From positions 41,478,001 to 41,542,000 of the forward strand of contig OX597834.1 in NCBI GenBank assembly GCA_951406725.2: a DNA stretch of 64,000 nt. The letters are read 5' to 3'. Position 1 is the first letter of the stretch, and the number at the start of each line of letters is the position of its first letter. Shown here piece by piece: positions 24,284 through 37,440 of this stretch. The position numbers were made by a program, and so were the translations under genes. The DNA comes from Octopus vulgaris (Eukaryota). A model generated the notes under the pieces. That model ran no database searches. It saw only the letters and a list, made by a program, of their open reading frames with translations, and was not told where the DNA came from.

Positions 24284-24615
24284 GTAAGATTTCTTAATTT
24301 AGTGCTTTAACACCCAACATTTTCTCTCAGACTTTTCTCACTAGATCTTCAGTACATTACTCTAAGTTCGAGAGTTGATCTATGTAGTCATCCGGGTCTC
24401 CGTGTGGATATCATATTCTCTTTAACCTGTTTCAGTCATTTGACTGTGGCCATGCAGGAGCACCACCTTTAGCCGACCAAATCGACACCAGGACTTATTC
24501 TTTGTAAGCCTAGTACTTATTCTATCGGTCTCTTTTGCCGAACCGCTAGATTACGGGGGAGTAAACACACCAGCGTTGGTTGCCAAGCGATGTTTGGGTG
24601 ACAAACACAAACACA

Positions 24616-24669
<54 letters not shown>

Positions 24670-24686
24670 CATATATATATACATGC

Positions 24687-24746
<60 letters not shown>

Positions 24747-24834
24747 AAGGGTGAAAAGGAACACACGAGCTGATATATATGAAAAAACAAGTCAAAAAAT
24801 AGAAAATGCTAAAATAATTTTATAGTGAACATTT

Positions 24835-24872
24835 CAGTACCGGTTTCGGTCATTTTGAGACCTTTTCAACTG
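24835..24872 (-). ncRNA. Minimal hammerhead ribozyme (U3-A8 variant) in the Penelope terminal repeat
   Basis: Reverse complement of 26930-26967. Confidence 0.7.
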
Positions 24873-26929
24873 TAACGATTAAATAATTAAATTTAGAAAA
24901 ATTAGAAGAAAAGTTTTTTTAAAGGAATATTTCTATAGTAGTGTTCAGATATAAGTGGCATTCTGCCTTTCTCTGACTCCCTTGTTTGCACTTGTGTGTT
25001 GGAGGTCGTTGTGAGTTCTTGGTAGGGTAGTAGAAGAAGAAGGCTGATGAGGAAAGGGGGTGGGAAAATCTGGGAGTGCCCTGATGGTCGTATTTTGAAT
25101 GGTCAGTGGCGGCTAGCAGTCGCAGTTCAATTCAGGAGAATATTTCTATTGAAAGGCTTGTTTATGGAATTTGCGTAGGTGTTATACTAAAAAACATTTG
25201 TGACAAAGTTAAGGGGTAGAAGGTGGAGAAGTAGAAGAAGAAGAAGAAGAAGAAGAAGAAGAAGAAGAAGAAGATGATGATGATGATGATGGTGGTGATG
25301 ATGATGAAGAAGAAGAAGAAAAAGGAGGAGAAGATGATGATGATGATGATGGTGGTGATGATGATGACGACGATGATGATGATAATGATGATGATGAAGA
25401 AGAAGAAAAAAACAGAGAAGGGAGAATATGAATGGGTGAAAGTAGTGAGGTGTTGTATGACTTGAAGTTGGCATGTTATGGAGTATAGCTGTGATTGGGG
25501 CTGATTAGTAATGGATTCTTTGGAATGTAATATTTGTGTGTGTATATTTCTTTTATTCTAAAGTTGAGGTATATTAATTGTTTGTCGTAGACCCGTTAAG
25601 AAGTGGCCTGTATTTTGTAATAAAGAGAGTTTCTTTACTTATTCGTTGTCTCGAGGTTGTATCGTCCCTAAATTGGTAGAGGGGAAAATCCTGAAGCTTG
25701 GTGTTTTTTTGTTGGCGCAAGTATCTATGTATTGGCTAAAAGCTATTTTTCTGTTTTGGGGAATTTTTATCTGGGATCTGTGCGGGGCCATTCGTTTACG
25801 CAAACTATTTTTTGTTTGGCCTATGTACTGCTCTTGACACCCGGAGCAAGTTAGTGAGTATATTAGGTTCTCCGAAGCACATGTGAAGTTGCTTTTCACT
25901 GTAAACCGTTGTCCCTGTTTGAAGGAGAACTCTGATCCCTCAATTAGATAGTCGCATATCCCGCAATTGGGTCTTCCACATTTTTTTACTGTCGGCTTCT
26001 GTGTTGAAGAGTGAATTCGGGCTTGTGTTAGGAGACTTTTCATGGATTTAGGCTGTCTCTTGCTTTTTATGATCGTGTGTGTTTGGAGGATTGTGTTCAT
26101 TCTGTGGTCTTTTTTTAGGAGGGGTATGTTGTGGAGGATGGTGCCGAAGGCTTCGTTATTGAGAGGGTTGTGTGTGGAGATGTATGGTAAGGCTTTTGGT
26201 TGTAAGTTTTTCTTTGATTTGGGATGTCTCAGTTCCTTGATGTTAAGTTGAAGGGCACGTTGAATGCACTTGTCAATAAGTGAAGGTGGATAGTTCCTGG
26301 CGATTAGGGTATCTTTTAGTTCTTGTAGTCGTGTGTCTCTGGTGTTTGCGTTAGAGACTATAGTGCATATCCTTTTTGCTAGATTGAAGGGGATATTCAT
26401 CCTGGTGTGTCTGGGGTGGCATGAATTGAATGGAAGATATTGCTTAGAGTCTGTAGGCTTATAATATATGTCTGTTTCTATTATATTATTAGCTTTCTTC
26501 TTCATCATCATCATCATCAACATCGTCATCATCTTCTTCTTCTTCTTCTTCTTCTTCTTCTTCTTCTTCTACTTCTCCACCTTCTACCCCTTAACTTTGT
26601 CACAAATGTTTTTTAGTATAACACCTACGCAAATTCCATAAACAAGCCTTTCAATAGAAATATTCTCCTGAATTGAACTGCGACTGCTAGCCGCCACTGA
26701 CCATTCAAAATACGACCATCAGGGCACTCCCAGATTTTCCCACCCCTTTCCTCATCAGCCTTCTTCTTCTACTACCCTACCAAGAACTCACAACGACCTC
26801 CAACACACAAGTGCAAACAAGGGAGTCAGAGAAAGGCAGAATGCCACTTATATCTGAACACTACTATAGAAATATTCCTTTAAAAAAACTTTTCTTCTAA
26901 TTTTTCTAAATTTAATTATTTAATCGTTA

Positions 26930-26967
26930 CAGTTGAAAAGGTCTCAAAATGACCGAAACCGGTACTG
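26930..26967 (+). ncRNA. Minimal hammerhead ribozyme (U3-A8 variant) in the Penelope terminal repeat
   Basis: cag-TTGAAAA-ggtc-tcaaaat-gacc-GAAA-ccgg-TA-ctg: stems I and II pair, stem III is the palindrome ACCGGT. Confidence 0.7.
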
Positions 26968-27016
26968 AAATGTTCACTATAAAATTATTTTAGCATTTTC
27001 TATTTTTGACTTGTTT

Positions 27017-27086
<70 letters not shown>

Positions 27087-27348
27087 GACGGGCTTCTTTC
27101 AGTTTCCGTCTACCAAATCCACTCACAAGGCTTTGGTTGGCCCGAAGCTATAGTAGGTGCCACGCAGTGGGACTGAACCTGGAACCATGTGGTTGGTAAG
27201 CAAGCTACTTACCACACAGCCACTCCTGCGCCTATGAAAAAGGTACTATATAAAATGTACAAACATTATTTATGAAGAAAAGAGCGCAACCAAATCTCTA
27301 ACTGAAGCATCAGTTCCATATGCCTTTGTCGAACAATCTTAATTTTAG

Positions 27349-27733
27349 TGGAAGCACTCCGTCGGTTACGACGATGAGGGTTCCGGTTGATCCGAATCAA
27401 CGGAACAGCCTGCTCGTGAAATTAACGTGTAAGTGGCTGAACACTCCACAGACACGTGCACCCTTAACGTAGTTCTCGGGGATATTCAGCGTGACACAGA
27501 GAGTGACAAGGCCGGCCCCTTGAAATACAGGTACAACAGAAACAGGAAGTAAGAGTGAGAGAAAGTTGTGGTGAAAGAGTACAGCAGGGATCACCACCAT
27601 CCCCTGCCGGAGCGTCGTGGAGCTTTTAGGTGTTTTTGCTCAATAAACACTCAGAACGCCCGGTCTGGGAATCGAAACCGCGATCCTATGACCGCGAGTC
27701 CGCTGCCCTAACCACTGGGCCATTGCGCCTCCA
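27349..27733 (-). mobile_element. SINE family B
   Basis: Reverse complement of 1650-2030; gaacaatcttaa occurs on both flanks (TSD-like). Confidence 0.87.
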
Positions 27734-28206
27734 CGAACAATCTTAAGACTCAGGGCAGTCAGTAGTATGTAATAAGACTGATACAGTTCACTGCTTTAAG
27801 TAGGAACGTGACTTTAATACTGACAATTAATGGGAATATTTCATGAACTTGCTGCAAAAGCAATGATTTTAATACTTTTTATCATAGTGATGTGTTTTTG
27901 TTTTAGCACACAATAAACATACAAGTCTCATATGAAACATCGTAAATCCGCTAAACAGAACGTATTCTGATTCTAATGTGAAAGAAATAATATGTAGTTA
28001 AAATAGCTTATAAAGTAATTAAGTCTAGCTTGCTAGCGCAAAGATCAGATTCAAAATATTCTAATTACGAGTCAATACTTAAAAGTTCTGTGTATATTTT
28101 CGAGGCAAGGGCTAGAATGAATCTCCGGAGTACACTGTTTAATTCCTTAATAGATCATGAATCTCCCTCTTTATTCATTGGTTTCTTAATTTTTTCCACT
28201 TTTCAG

Positions 28207-28230
28207 GAACATGATGTCCTTGTTAAATAA
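28207..28230 (+). CDS. IF gene 1 exon 11 coding part (EHDVLVK*)
   Basis: ttttcag|GAA; intron end and downstream UTR align with gene 2 58726 onward; no CaaX. Confidence 0.82.
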   Translation, partial: EHDVLVK

Positions 28231-28475
28231 TCGCATGAAAAACGTGAAAATGTCTCAGCAGAGAAAATCCATTTTTGTTGCAGTTAGCACCAATTTTCAG
28301 AAAGTTTCCTTTTTGACCATTATAGTAACAATTTCGGTAATAATTTCAGTTAAAATACTAATTCTAAAGTAAGCCTTTTCTGTTTTTAATGTCTTTTTAT
28401 GATTCGCTAACATTTAAGATGATTATAAGAAATGAGAGTAAATCCATTTTGTAATACAATATATTTTACAACATT

Positions 28476-28904
28476 GGGATCTTTTCGGTTTGACCGGCAG
28501 TTTTTTCTAGCGGGGTCATATGAAATTGTCACCCATAATTATGACCCTAGTATCGATCTATTGCATTTCAATCTGTTTTAGGGTTAGTTAGGGTTAGGGT
28601 TAGGGGTGGGAGGAAGGGTATCTTTTTTTCTTCAGAAATGTAAATAAACCCAATCTGTTTCTTAAACGAGGGACATATTCATACGGCACAGAATGTTTCC
28701 ACCTCAATAGACGTCATTGATTAGTTGAAATTGCAGAAATAGAAGAAAAAAACAACAAATATCTTACAAACCACAGAATTTTCTCAAGAAAGCCAAGAGA
28801 AAAAGATGTTTTATGTTACATATTCTACCAGTATACGAAGTTTAAAAGTATTTAGTTACGTGGAAATTATTTTTAAAAACTGCCGGTCAAACCGAAAAGA
28901 TCTC
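28476..28904. mobile_element. MITE in gene 1 3' UTR
   Basis: TIR gggatcttttcggtttgaccggcagtttt / aaaactgccggtcaaaccgaaaagatctc; 6-bp TSD aacatt (28470-28475, 28905-28910); absent from the gene 2 UTR. Confidence 0.88.
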
Positions 28905-29247
28905 AACATTGTTAAACAATTATCAAATATTAACAAACGCTTCCACTTGATACCTTTTGTTGACGTGATTTCAAAAAAGATTGCTATACTACATTTTACC
29001 TAGATAATACAACATCATTGTACGGTGTATTTTGCTGCCAAATGCTTTGTACTTAATAGAATTTCACTGTATAAAAACGCAGAATTTATGCAATCGAGGT
29101 AATAAGTAACACTATCTTATGAAAAGATTAAACTTTTCTCGAATTACAGAGCACTATTTCTTATTTTATTAACAACCGTACCCTTTGTAATTCAATTTCG
29201 AGGATCCTTTCGTGAAATTGTATGAAAAAAAAAGGGAAAAAAATGGC

Positions 29248-29253
29248 AATAAA
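29248..29253 (+). terminator. Polyadenylation signal, gene 1
   Basis: AATAAA in context (tgtatgaaaaa..ggcAATAAAa.gtta) conserved with gene 2 at 59265. Confidence 0.65.
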
Positions 29254-29552
29254 ACGTTATTAATATATTTATATTGTCGTATGATTTTTTTTCATCACCA
29301 TTAAATAGTCTTTTTTCTCGTTTTAATATTTTATAAGAACAGAATAATTCAGAATCGACAGAATCGATTGGAGTTTCGTTGTATTTAGTTTATAATATCA
29401 TCTTTTGTTCCAGTTTAAATCTTACTGAGTTAAATGTTGGCTTTTGTCCTGCATGTGTCGATACAGTAAAGAAACAGTCAAGAGGTTCGAACGCACTTCA
29501 CAGCAACTAGAGAGCAAGAGTGTTCCAAATTATTCTTGTGTTGACGTATATA

Positions 29553-29782
29553 TTTCTTTATTGCCCACAAGGGGCTAAACACAGAGGGGACAAACAAGGA
29601 CAGACAAACGGATTAAGTCGATTACATCGAACCCAGTGCGCAACTGGTACTTAATTTATCGACCCCGAAAGGATGAAAGGCAAAGTCGACCTCGGTGGAA
29701 TTTGAACTCAGAACGTGACGGCAGACGAAATGTCACTAAGCATTTCGCCCGGTGCGCTAACGTTTCTGCCAGCTCGCCGCCT
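29553..29782 (-). mobile_element. SINE family C
   Basis: Aligns to family C; tcttgtgttgacgtata repeated on both flanks (TSD). Confidence 0.87.
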
Positions 29783-30028
29783 TATCTTGTGTTGACGTAT
29801 AGTTTATGCATAGGGGTTTGGCCAACAGCTGGGTGGAAGGATGTTTTGTGAATTTAGACACTAACGCACACATACACATACACATTCACAAACATCCACA
29901 CACACACACACATACACACATCTTTGGAATGTATTTATTCCGGCCTTCAAAAGTTTGATATATCCTTAATAAAGAAGTAAAACTCTTTCGTTTGAGTCAA
30001 GACATCTTGCAAAGCTTTGTGAATTGGT

Positions 30029-30061
<33 letters not shown>

Positions 30062-30255
30062 AGTATATTCTACAAGTACGAGTGAGTGTAGGCATGTTTT
30101 GATCCACGTACCTTAAAATATAATGTCCCTGCTATTTTGTATGAATTTTCAGCAATTCCCTAATCGATAGTGTTTGTATCATGTGAATAAGTTCTTGGAG
30201 GACTCCGGCATTACAAGAATTTCCATGAAATCTGATATTCAAAGCCCAGTGCTAA

Positions 30256-30612
30256 GGAGGCGAGCTAGCAGAATCTTTAACGCGCCGGGCGAAATCCTTA
30301 GCGATATTTCGTCTGTCTTTACGCTCTGAGTTCAAATCCCGCCGAGGTCAACTTTGCCTTTCATCATTTCGGGGTCGATTAAATAAGTACCAGTTACGCA
30401 CTGTGGTCGATATAATCGACTTAATCCGTTTGTCTGTCCTTGTTTGTCCCCTCTGTGTTTAGCCCTTTGTGGGTAGTAAAGAAATAGGTATTTCGTCTCT
30501 CTTTACATTCTGAGTTCAAATTCCGCCGAGGTCGACTTTGCCTTTCATCCTTTCGGGTTCGATAATCGACTAGCCCCCCACCACAAATTTCGGGCCTTGT
30601 GCCTAGAGTAGA
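30256..30612 (+). mobile_element. SINE family C (partial dimer)
   Basis: Aligns to family C. Confidence 0.83.
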
Positions 30613-30995
30613 AAAGATTCAAAGCCCAGAGCATTTATAGTAATAGATAGGTGAAAATCAATATCCTGTTCTACGCGCGCGTACTCACAATGGAAGCTTT
30701 TGGTTATTGTGGAGAAAAATAGTCGCCTGTAGTAAAAGGTGTAGACACTGTTAAACAGCTCAAAGCTATGAACGAAAATTTTTTCTCCAAGTTCAACTGC
30801 TGTGAAATTGCCTTCAGAATTTGAAATATATGTCAAACCTATTTGAAGTAACCTAGAATTTCGTTTGTTTTCCATCACTATCATTTCTCGCAGTTACCTA
30901 TGTTTTTGATCAGATCGGGTGGTCGTCTACGAGCGCATATCAGTAACTCGATGATCAAATGTGAAGGTGCAATAGAGAAATGAACGAACACATGC

Positions 30996-31037
<42 letters not shown>

Positions 31038-31342
31038 TAATTGAAATATGTGTGCTTGTGCGTGTGCTTTCGTGCGTGAGTGTAAATGACGTGAATATTT
31101 TGTGGGAGACCAACTGATATCATGATTAAAACTGACCTAATTTATAAGAACTACTTAACTGGCCTTCATTGTGGAGACCTACCAAGGCAATAAAGTTAAA
31201 TCTCATACACAAATCGTAATCTATTTATTGAGCTATGAGAAATTAAATGTCCGCTGACATTCGCACTCAACTTATCCAAATGCTGTGAATCGTTTTCTCG
31301 TGTCTGGCGAATCATTTTTCTATTCATTCACTCTTTTTTTTA

Positions 31343-31647
31343 GCCCTTTTCAAGCCTAGCCAGTCTCATGGGCCCGGTTTCCCAGTTTCTTTGACGTATG
31401 TGTTCCCCACCAGTTGGACGAGACGCCAGTCCATCGCAGTGTTACTCAAGAAAGAGGAAGAGAGGGAGTGAGAGAAAGTTGGGGCGAAAGAGTACAACAG
31501 GGGTCGCCACCACCCCCTGCCGGAGCCTCGTGGAGCTTTTAGGTGTTTTCGCTCAATAAACACACACAGTGCCCGGTCTGGGAATCGAAACCGCGATCCT
31601 CCGACCGTGAATCCGCTGCCCTAACCGCTGGGCTATTGCGCTTCCAC
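31343..31647 (-). mobile_element. SINE with family B head and a different tail
   Basis: Shares head with family B; same subtype at 35810-36105 and 56971-57249. Confidence 0.8.
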
Positions 31648-32611
31648 ATTTATTCACTGCTTATAGCAAAATCATTAAGTAAAAATTTTGCATTATGCAG
31701 CTTATTATTCTCTTTAAGTGAACATTTTTCTGGTTGAAATACACCGAAAAATGGCGACACAGCAGTAAAAAAATCGTAAAAAATAGGGATTTTCATAGGA
31801 AAAAAGCACCTTTGTGATGTAAATAATTTTTGGTCTTAACATGGACCGATTTGAATTTTTTCTTCTATGGAATGAAGAGCAAGCCTTCTTCTATCATACT
31901 CTCAATTTTGGTCAACTTGCGCCTGCAGGGTCTAGGAGGAGATAGTGTTAGTTGAAGGCCACCAAACGTGCCAGACAGAGACAACTTCAGCTTTATATAT
32001 AGAGAGATTTTATCAATCCCAAAAGGATGAAAGACAAAGGAAATATCGGTGGGATTTGAACTCAGAACATAGCGACCTAACCAAATATAACTAGACATTA
32101 TGTTGTTGTTCTAACGTTTGCCAATCGCTTTTGACAAAATATTTCATCGGAGAAATTGAGCAAGAAGAAAAAATAATTTTTGAGAAAGTAACTCTTGATT
32201 GTTTACAAGAGAAACTAAGCACGAAATATGTTTTCTATGACGGCAAGCATATCCATCATCATGTGAAGGTAGCTGTGTGGCTGTCCAAGAGTGTTTTAAG
32301 ATTATGCTCAGTGCTAACTGAAACGTAAAGGTGTACTACTTTCGTTACATTTCTTTCATTAATTATCTTTTTATTACGTTTTGCGAACCGTGTATACTCA
32401 AAGAAGTGTAACGGACTTTTAAGGAGAACGAATGAAAGCTAAAATAATGAGAACAATTTATTTTTTTGTTTTGGTGCATACCCCATAGCCTGGATCTCCC
32501 ACTATTACTATATTCTGACATTTCTTCGCTTTAATTTCTCTCTCTATTTTTATCTGCATTTCTCTCTCTTTCTTACCTTCTTCGTGCATTCTCACTACAT
32601 TTCTTCTCTGG

Positions 32612-32650
32612 TATATATAAGGCAATAGCAGGGCTTAGACTTGGTCACTT
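32612..32650 (+). promoter_or_regulatory. Core promoter of IF gene 2 (TATA + Inr TCACTT)
   Basis: TATATATAAG at 32612-32621 and TCACTT at 32645-32650; aligns with the gene 1 promoter. Confidence 0.7.
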
Positions 32651-32788
32651 AGCTGTGTCGGAAAGCAAGCTGTAAATCGCTCTGCAAAAGATTTTCTGTG
32701 TCCCGTTCGTTCCCCAGATAGTGAACAGTTTCTCATTCTATTTTAATATTTTTCTTGAACAAAAAATATTTGAGTAACAACAACAAAA

Positions 32789-33240
32789 ATGTCTGAAGCA
32801 AAACCACCAACAACAACATCAACAGTACCAAGACGAAAAGTTAGGAGGAACAGTATTCGTGTTCCATCTGGAGCTTCTATGGCAGCGTTTAATCAAAGAC
32901 CTCCATTAGTCTTGGCCGGAGGAGTCGCAGCATCAAGTTCTCAAAAACATGTTGCTGATATGAAAAACAGCAGAGAAAAAGAGAAGAAGGCAATGCAAGG
33001 TTTGAATTCAAAGCTTGCCAACCACCTTGAAACAAAACGTATGTTGGAGGCCGAAAACAAACATCTTAAGGAACTCTTAAATAAATCTAGGGTTGAGTTT
33101 AATATTGATAAAGTCAAGACCTCATACGAAGATCAGCTGCATGAAATGAAAGCACTCCTAGAAGACAAGGATAAGGAACTGGCAACTGTAAAGTCCCAAA
33201 ACGAATCGCTTGAAGAAGAAGTTGAAGATTTGAGCGAACA
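32789..33240 (+). CDS. IF gene 2 exon 1
   Basis: MSEAK...EKEKKAMQGLNSKLANHLETKRMLEAENKHL; CA|gtaagt, phase 2. Confidence 0.93.
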
Positions 33241-33608
33241 GTAAGTACAATTTGTTGTTAATGTTTGATTTTTGTTCTTCTTCATGTCGTTTAAAGCTTC
33301 TGCACATCATTAACATCCATCTTAAAAGTTTGGTCAATTCTCTCAATTAGACTACTATAATTACTTCTAATCCTTTTTCCTCACATTCTACGTAAAGTGA
33401 ATTTTCATATTCTAGTCAGGCATCAGATCTTAAAATTTTACGATTTGCAATACTTGAGATATAATTTTAGGCACGTAAATTTTGTTAGGTCTGTTTGTTT
33501 CAGAACAAATTTTCTTGGTCCATTTTCACATTATGTAAAAGAAAAGGCGATCTGGGGAGTTTTTCATTTTTGAAAATAATTTTGGTATAACTTGACATCT
33601 AGAGAATA

Positions 33609-35073
33609 CACTGAACCGTAAAAGAAACGCGATGTTTTCAAATGTTATTTTTATATGGTAAATTATGAAAATTCACTTCGGAGATGTAAGCGTAAATATT
33701 CCAAATATGGTAGTTTGTCGCTAAGACCCAAATTACAGGTAAACTTTCAATTTTCCCTGATACGAGAGGCCAAAGCGCAGCTGCGTTGAATACTGTAGAT
33801 CGCCGTCGCAAACAATTGTCATGGAAACCGAAATGCACCTGCATCTCGTGGAGTTTATGGTCATAAAAATTCAAATTGAACTGCGTTCCTGGCTTTCGTA
33901 ATTTGGACGCATCAGGAATGACCAGATTGTCAGAAGCGCAGAGAGAACAAGCTATCGGCCGATTGGAAGCAGGGCCGCATGCCCTGGTCCTTGCGAAAGC
34001 TTACAATATCCATGTCAGCACCGTCTATCGCCTGCACCAGCGATACAACAACAACACCAACGGCACTGCAGATCGTGCCCGCAGAGGGCGCCTCCAGGTG
34101 ACCACGCCCAGGCAGGACCACTTCGTCCAGCTGCAACATCTCCCTGATCGCGTCAGACCGGCCAGCATGACAGCACATGAGACCATAGGCACTGGACAGC
34201 GACCCATCAGCGAAGACACGGTAGGACGTCGAATGACTGCCAATAAACTGCGTGGCCGTCGTCCTGCTTGAGGGCCTGTCCTCACCGCCCGCGACCATCT
34301 GGCACGACTACAGTGAGCTACACAGCACCGATATTAGCGGCATCAACAATGGAGGTCGGTAGTCTTCTCTGACGAGTTCCTGTACTGCGTTTCCACCTCG
34401 GATGGCAGAGTGAGAGCGAGGCGTAGAAGGGGCGAACGCTATACAGACGCATATGTCATGGAAAGAGGCGCGTAGGGTGGGGATGCTATAAGCCTAAATC
34501 AGAGAATTGGGCCCCATGTGTTCCAAAATGTTGGTGTAGGCAGAGGGAATGGCCTCACAACGCAGCTCTTCGCTGACCAGATCCTAAGACCTTACATAGT
34601 GTCCTTCTACGTGCATCATCATAGCCACGTATCTCAGAAGGACAATGCTCCCTCCAATATGGCCAGGGTCACCATGGACGTCTTGCAGCAGAACCATGCC
34701 GTGGCCGGCTCTCAGCCCGGATTTGAGCCCAATTGAAGATCTGTGGGATGTAATTCAGAGATGGCTGTACCAGGTGGTCCCAAGGCCGACAGCTTGTATG
34801 GAACTGGAGGCAGCTTTCCTCAGGGTGTAGATACAGGTGCCAAAGGCTTTTGTGAACCGCCGCATGCACTTCATGTACCGACGGTGTATTGCCATTTTGA
34901 ATAACCAGGGAGGGCATACATGGTCTTGATCATGTCACACCCTACAATCTCAATGTGGTGGATCCGCCCACTACCAGAACACATGACCTAATCAGATTTA
35001 TCAAAACTTATCTCTGACATAATGAAATTAAAACATATTTCACAGTCACACACGTCTCTTTTGCGGCTCACTG
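33609..35073 (+). mobile_element. Tc1-like DNA transposon, near full length, with stops and frameshifts
   Basis: HTH MTRLSEAQREQAIGRLEAG..., WRSVVFSDE, QKDNAP, WPALSPDLSPIEDLW; imperfect TIR cactgaaccgtaaaagaaacg / cgtctcttttgcggctcactg with TA duplication; absent from gene 1 intron 1. Confidence 0.92.
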
Positions 35074-35528
35074 TATAGTTTCTTTGCGGTTCACTGCATA
35101 GTTGAGAGATACCCCACAAGGAAATATAAATAGGATTCAGCTAAATTGGCAATATCTAGATGAATAGTATCTGAGCTGTTAGGTCAGATATGCTTATCGA
35201 TACGGTTTAAGTTTAAATATGTTTATGATGCAATGACGTTTCTAGCCACCCTAGCTTTCATGTTCAGTACAAGTTTTGTGTAAACTGATTTCTTTATCAT
35301 GGGTCATTTCTTGTCAATGTGAAGCTATGATGGGAACCTAAGGTCCCATTAAATTTAGCTAAGCTTTCATTAACGCGACTTACTATTTTGACTTTCCAAA
35401 TTATTATCTCTACACTAATCCATTTCAGACATTAAAGAATTCAGTCTGTTTTAGATGCTTTAAATAATCTAACAACGAACTATGGTTGCTAATACTGTCC
35501 GCTAACAGTTGATATCTACTGCATAGGT

Positions 35529-35602
<74 letters not shown>

Positions 35603-36192
35603 TATATATATATATATTATTATTATTATGAGTTCAAATTCCGCTGAGGTCGACTTTGCCTTTCATCCTTTCGGGGTCGATAAATAAAGTACCAGTTACG
35701 CACTGAGGTCGATCTAATCGACTTAATCCCTTTGTCTGTCTTTGTTTGTCCCCTCTATGTTTAGCCCCTTGCGGGCAATAAAGAAATATATATTATTATT
35801 ATTATTTATGCGCCCTTTTCAAGCCAAGCCAAGCTCATGGGCCCAGTTTCCCAGTTTCTGTGGCTTATGCGTTCCTCGAGACGCCAGTACATCGCAGCGT
35901 TACCCCCACCCAAAACAGGAAGAAAGAGTGAGAGAAAGTTGGGGAGAAAGAATGCAACAGGGGCCGCCACCACCCCCTGCCGGAGCCTCATGTAGTTTTA
36001 GGTGTTTTCACTCAATAAACACACACAACGCCCGGTCTAGGAATCGAAACCGCGTTCCTCCGACTGCGAGTCCGCTGCCCTCACCACTGGGCCATTGCGC
36101 CTCCACAGTTTAATTAATATGAGATGTAAATTAAGATGAAGAACGCTCACCCAAAAGTAGAGGATCATCAAGGATTATACTATATTGTGTTT

Positions 36193-36523
36193 ACTATTTT
36201 ACTGTTTTACTTGTTTCAGTCATTTGACTGCGGCCATGCTGGAGCACCGCCTTTAGTCGAACAAATCGACCCCGGGACTTATTCTTTGTAAGCCCAGTAC
36301 TTATTCTATCGGTCTCTTTTGCCGAACCGCTAAGTAACTGGGACGTAAACACACCAGCAATGCTAGGGGGTCAAACACAGACACATAAACATACACACAC
36401 ATACATACATATATATATACATATATACAATGGGCTTCTTTCAGTTTCCGTCTACCAAATCCACTCACAAGGCTTTGGTCGGCCCGAGGCTATAGCAGAA
36501 GACACTTGCCCAAGATGCCACGC
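36193..36523 (-). mobile_element. SINE family A, head-truncated
   Basis: Aligns to family A. Confidence 0.82.
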
Positions 36524-37020
36524 AACCGACGGAGTGCTCCTATCTACTATTATGAGTATTTCCTCAACGGCTTGCCAGCATATATTTTTCTTTCCATATA
36601 TAAGATCATAAAAAATACTATGTTGACAACTCCAGTAGAAAGCACACATAGCTTTAATCCCCCTTCTTAACGTAAAATATCTGTTTAAAGTTAAGAGTGC
36701 TGCGTACAGGATGATTGCAGAAAAGGTGAAACAGAATTAGAATCTATGGCGTTCCGGTTGGTACTTTTCTGTGTAATTTTAATAATAGAATACCGAATAC
36801 TGTTATTAACTTTGGCGGTTGATACATGAAAGTACGCACGTAAATCGTTTTTTTTTTCTGCCTTTAACCCTCCAACTCGGAGTACAGGCCACTTATAATT
36901 GAATTCCATGTCGCATAATTTTTCGCTTCTGTACTTATACTCTGCCACGAATGTCCCCCTTTCTCCAGTTCCTTCTGTGTTGATCTACGCCATGAGTTCT
37001 TAAGCCTACCTCTCATTCTA

Positions 37021-37440
37021 TACTCCTTTACTCTTTACTCTTTTACTTGTTCCAGTCATTTGACTGCGGCCATGCTGGAGCACCACCTTTAATCGAGCAA
37101 ATCGACCCCGGGACTTATTCTTTGTAAGCCCAGTACTTATTCAATCGGGCTCTTTTGCCGAACCGCTAAGTGACGGGGACGTAAACACACCAGCATCGGT
37201 TGTCAAGCAATGCTAGGGGGACAAACACAGACACACAAACATATACACACACACTTATATATATATATATATACATACATATATACGACAGGCTTCTTTC
37301 AGTTTCCGTCTACCAAATCCACTCACAAGGCATTGGTCGGCCCGAGGCTATAGCAGAAGACACTTGCCCAAGATGCCACGCAGTGGGACTGAACCCGGAA
37401 CCATGTGGTTGGTTAGCAAGCTACTTACCACACAGCCACT
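37021..37440 (-). mobile_element. SINE family A
   Basis: Aligns to family A. Confidence 0.87.

Larger units (their letters stand above)
24775..27025 (-). mobile_element. 5'-truncated Penelope-like retroelement with inverted terminal repeats, nested in a family A SINE
   Basis: ORF 25639-26532(-): RT C-terminus TDIYYKPTD..YL.FNSCHP, CGRPNCGIC, GIY-YIG NLIYSLTC..C.EQYIGQT...RM..H; ~550-bp inverted repeats 24775-25320/26493-27025; SINE halves at 24425-24660 and 27084-27234. Confidence 0.9.

Noticed and set aside
25187-25474. His-rich or poly-Met ORFs
   Set aside because: (GAA)n/(GAT)n microsatellite inside the Penelope terminal repeat
28578-28606. Interstitial telomere or chromosome fusion site
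   Set aside because: Only about 4 units and internal to a TIR/TSD-bounded element
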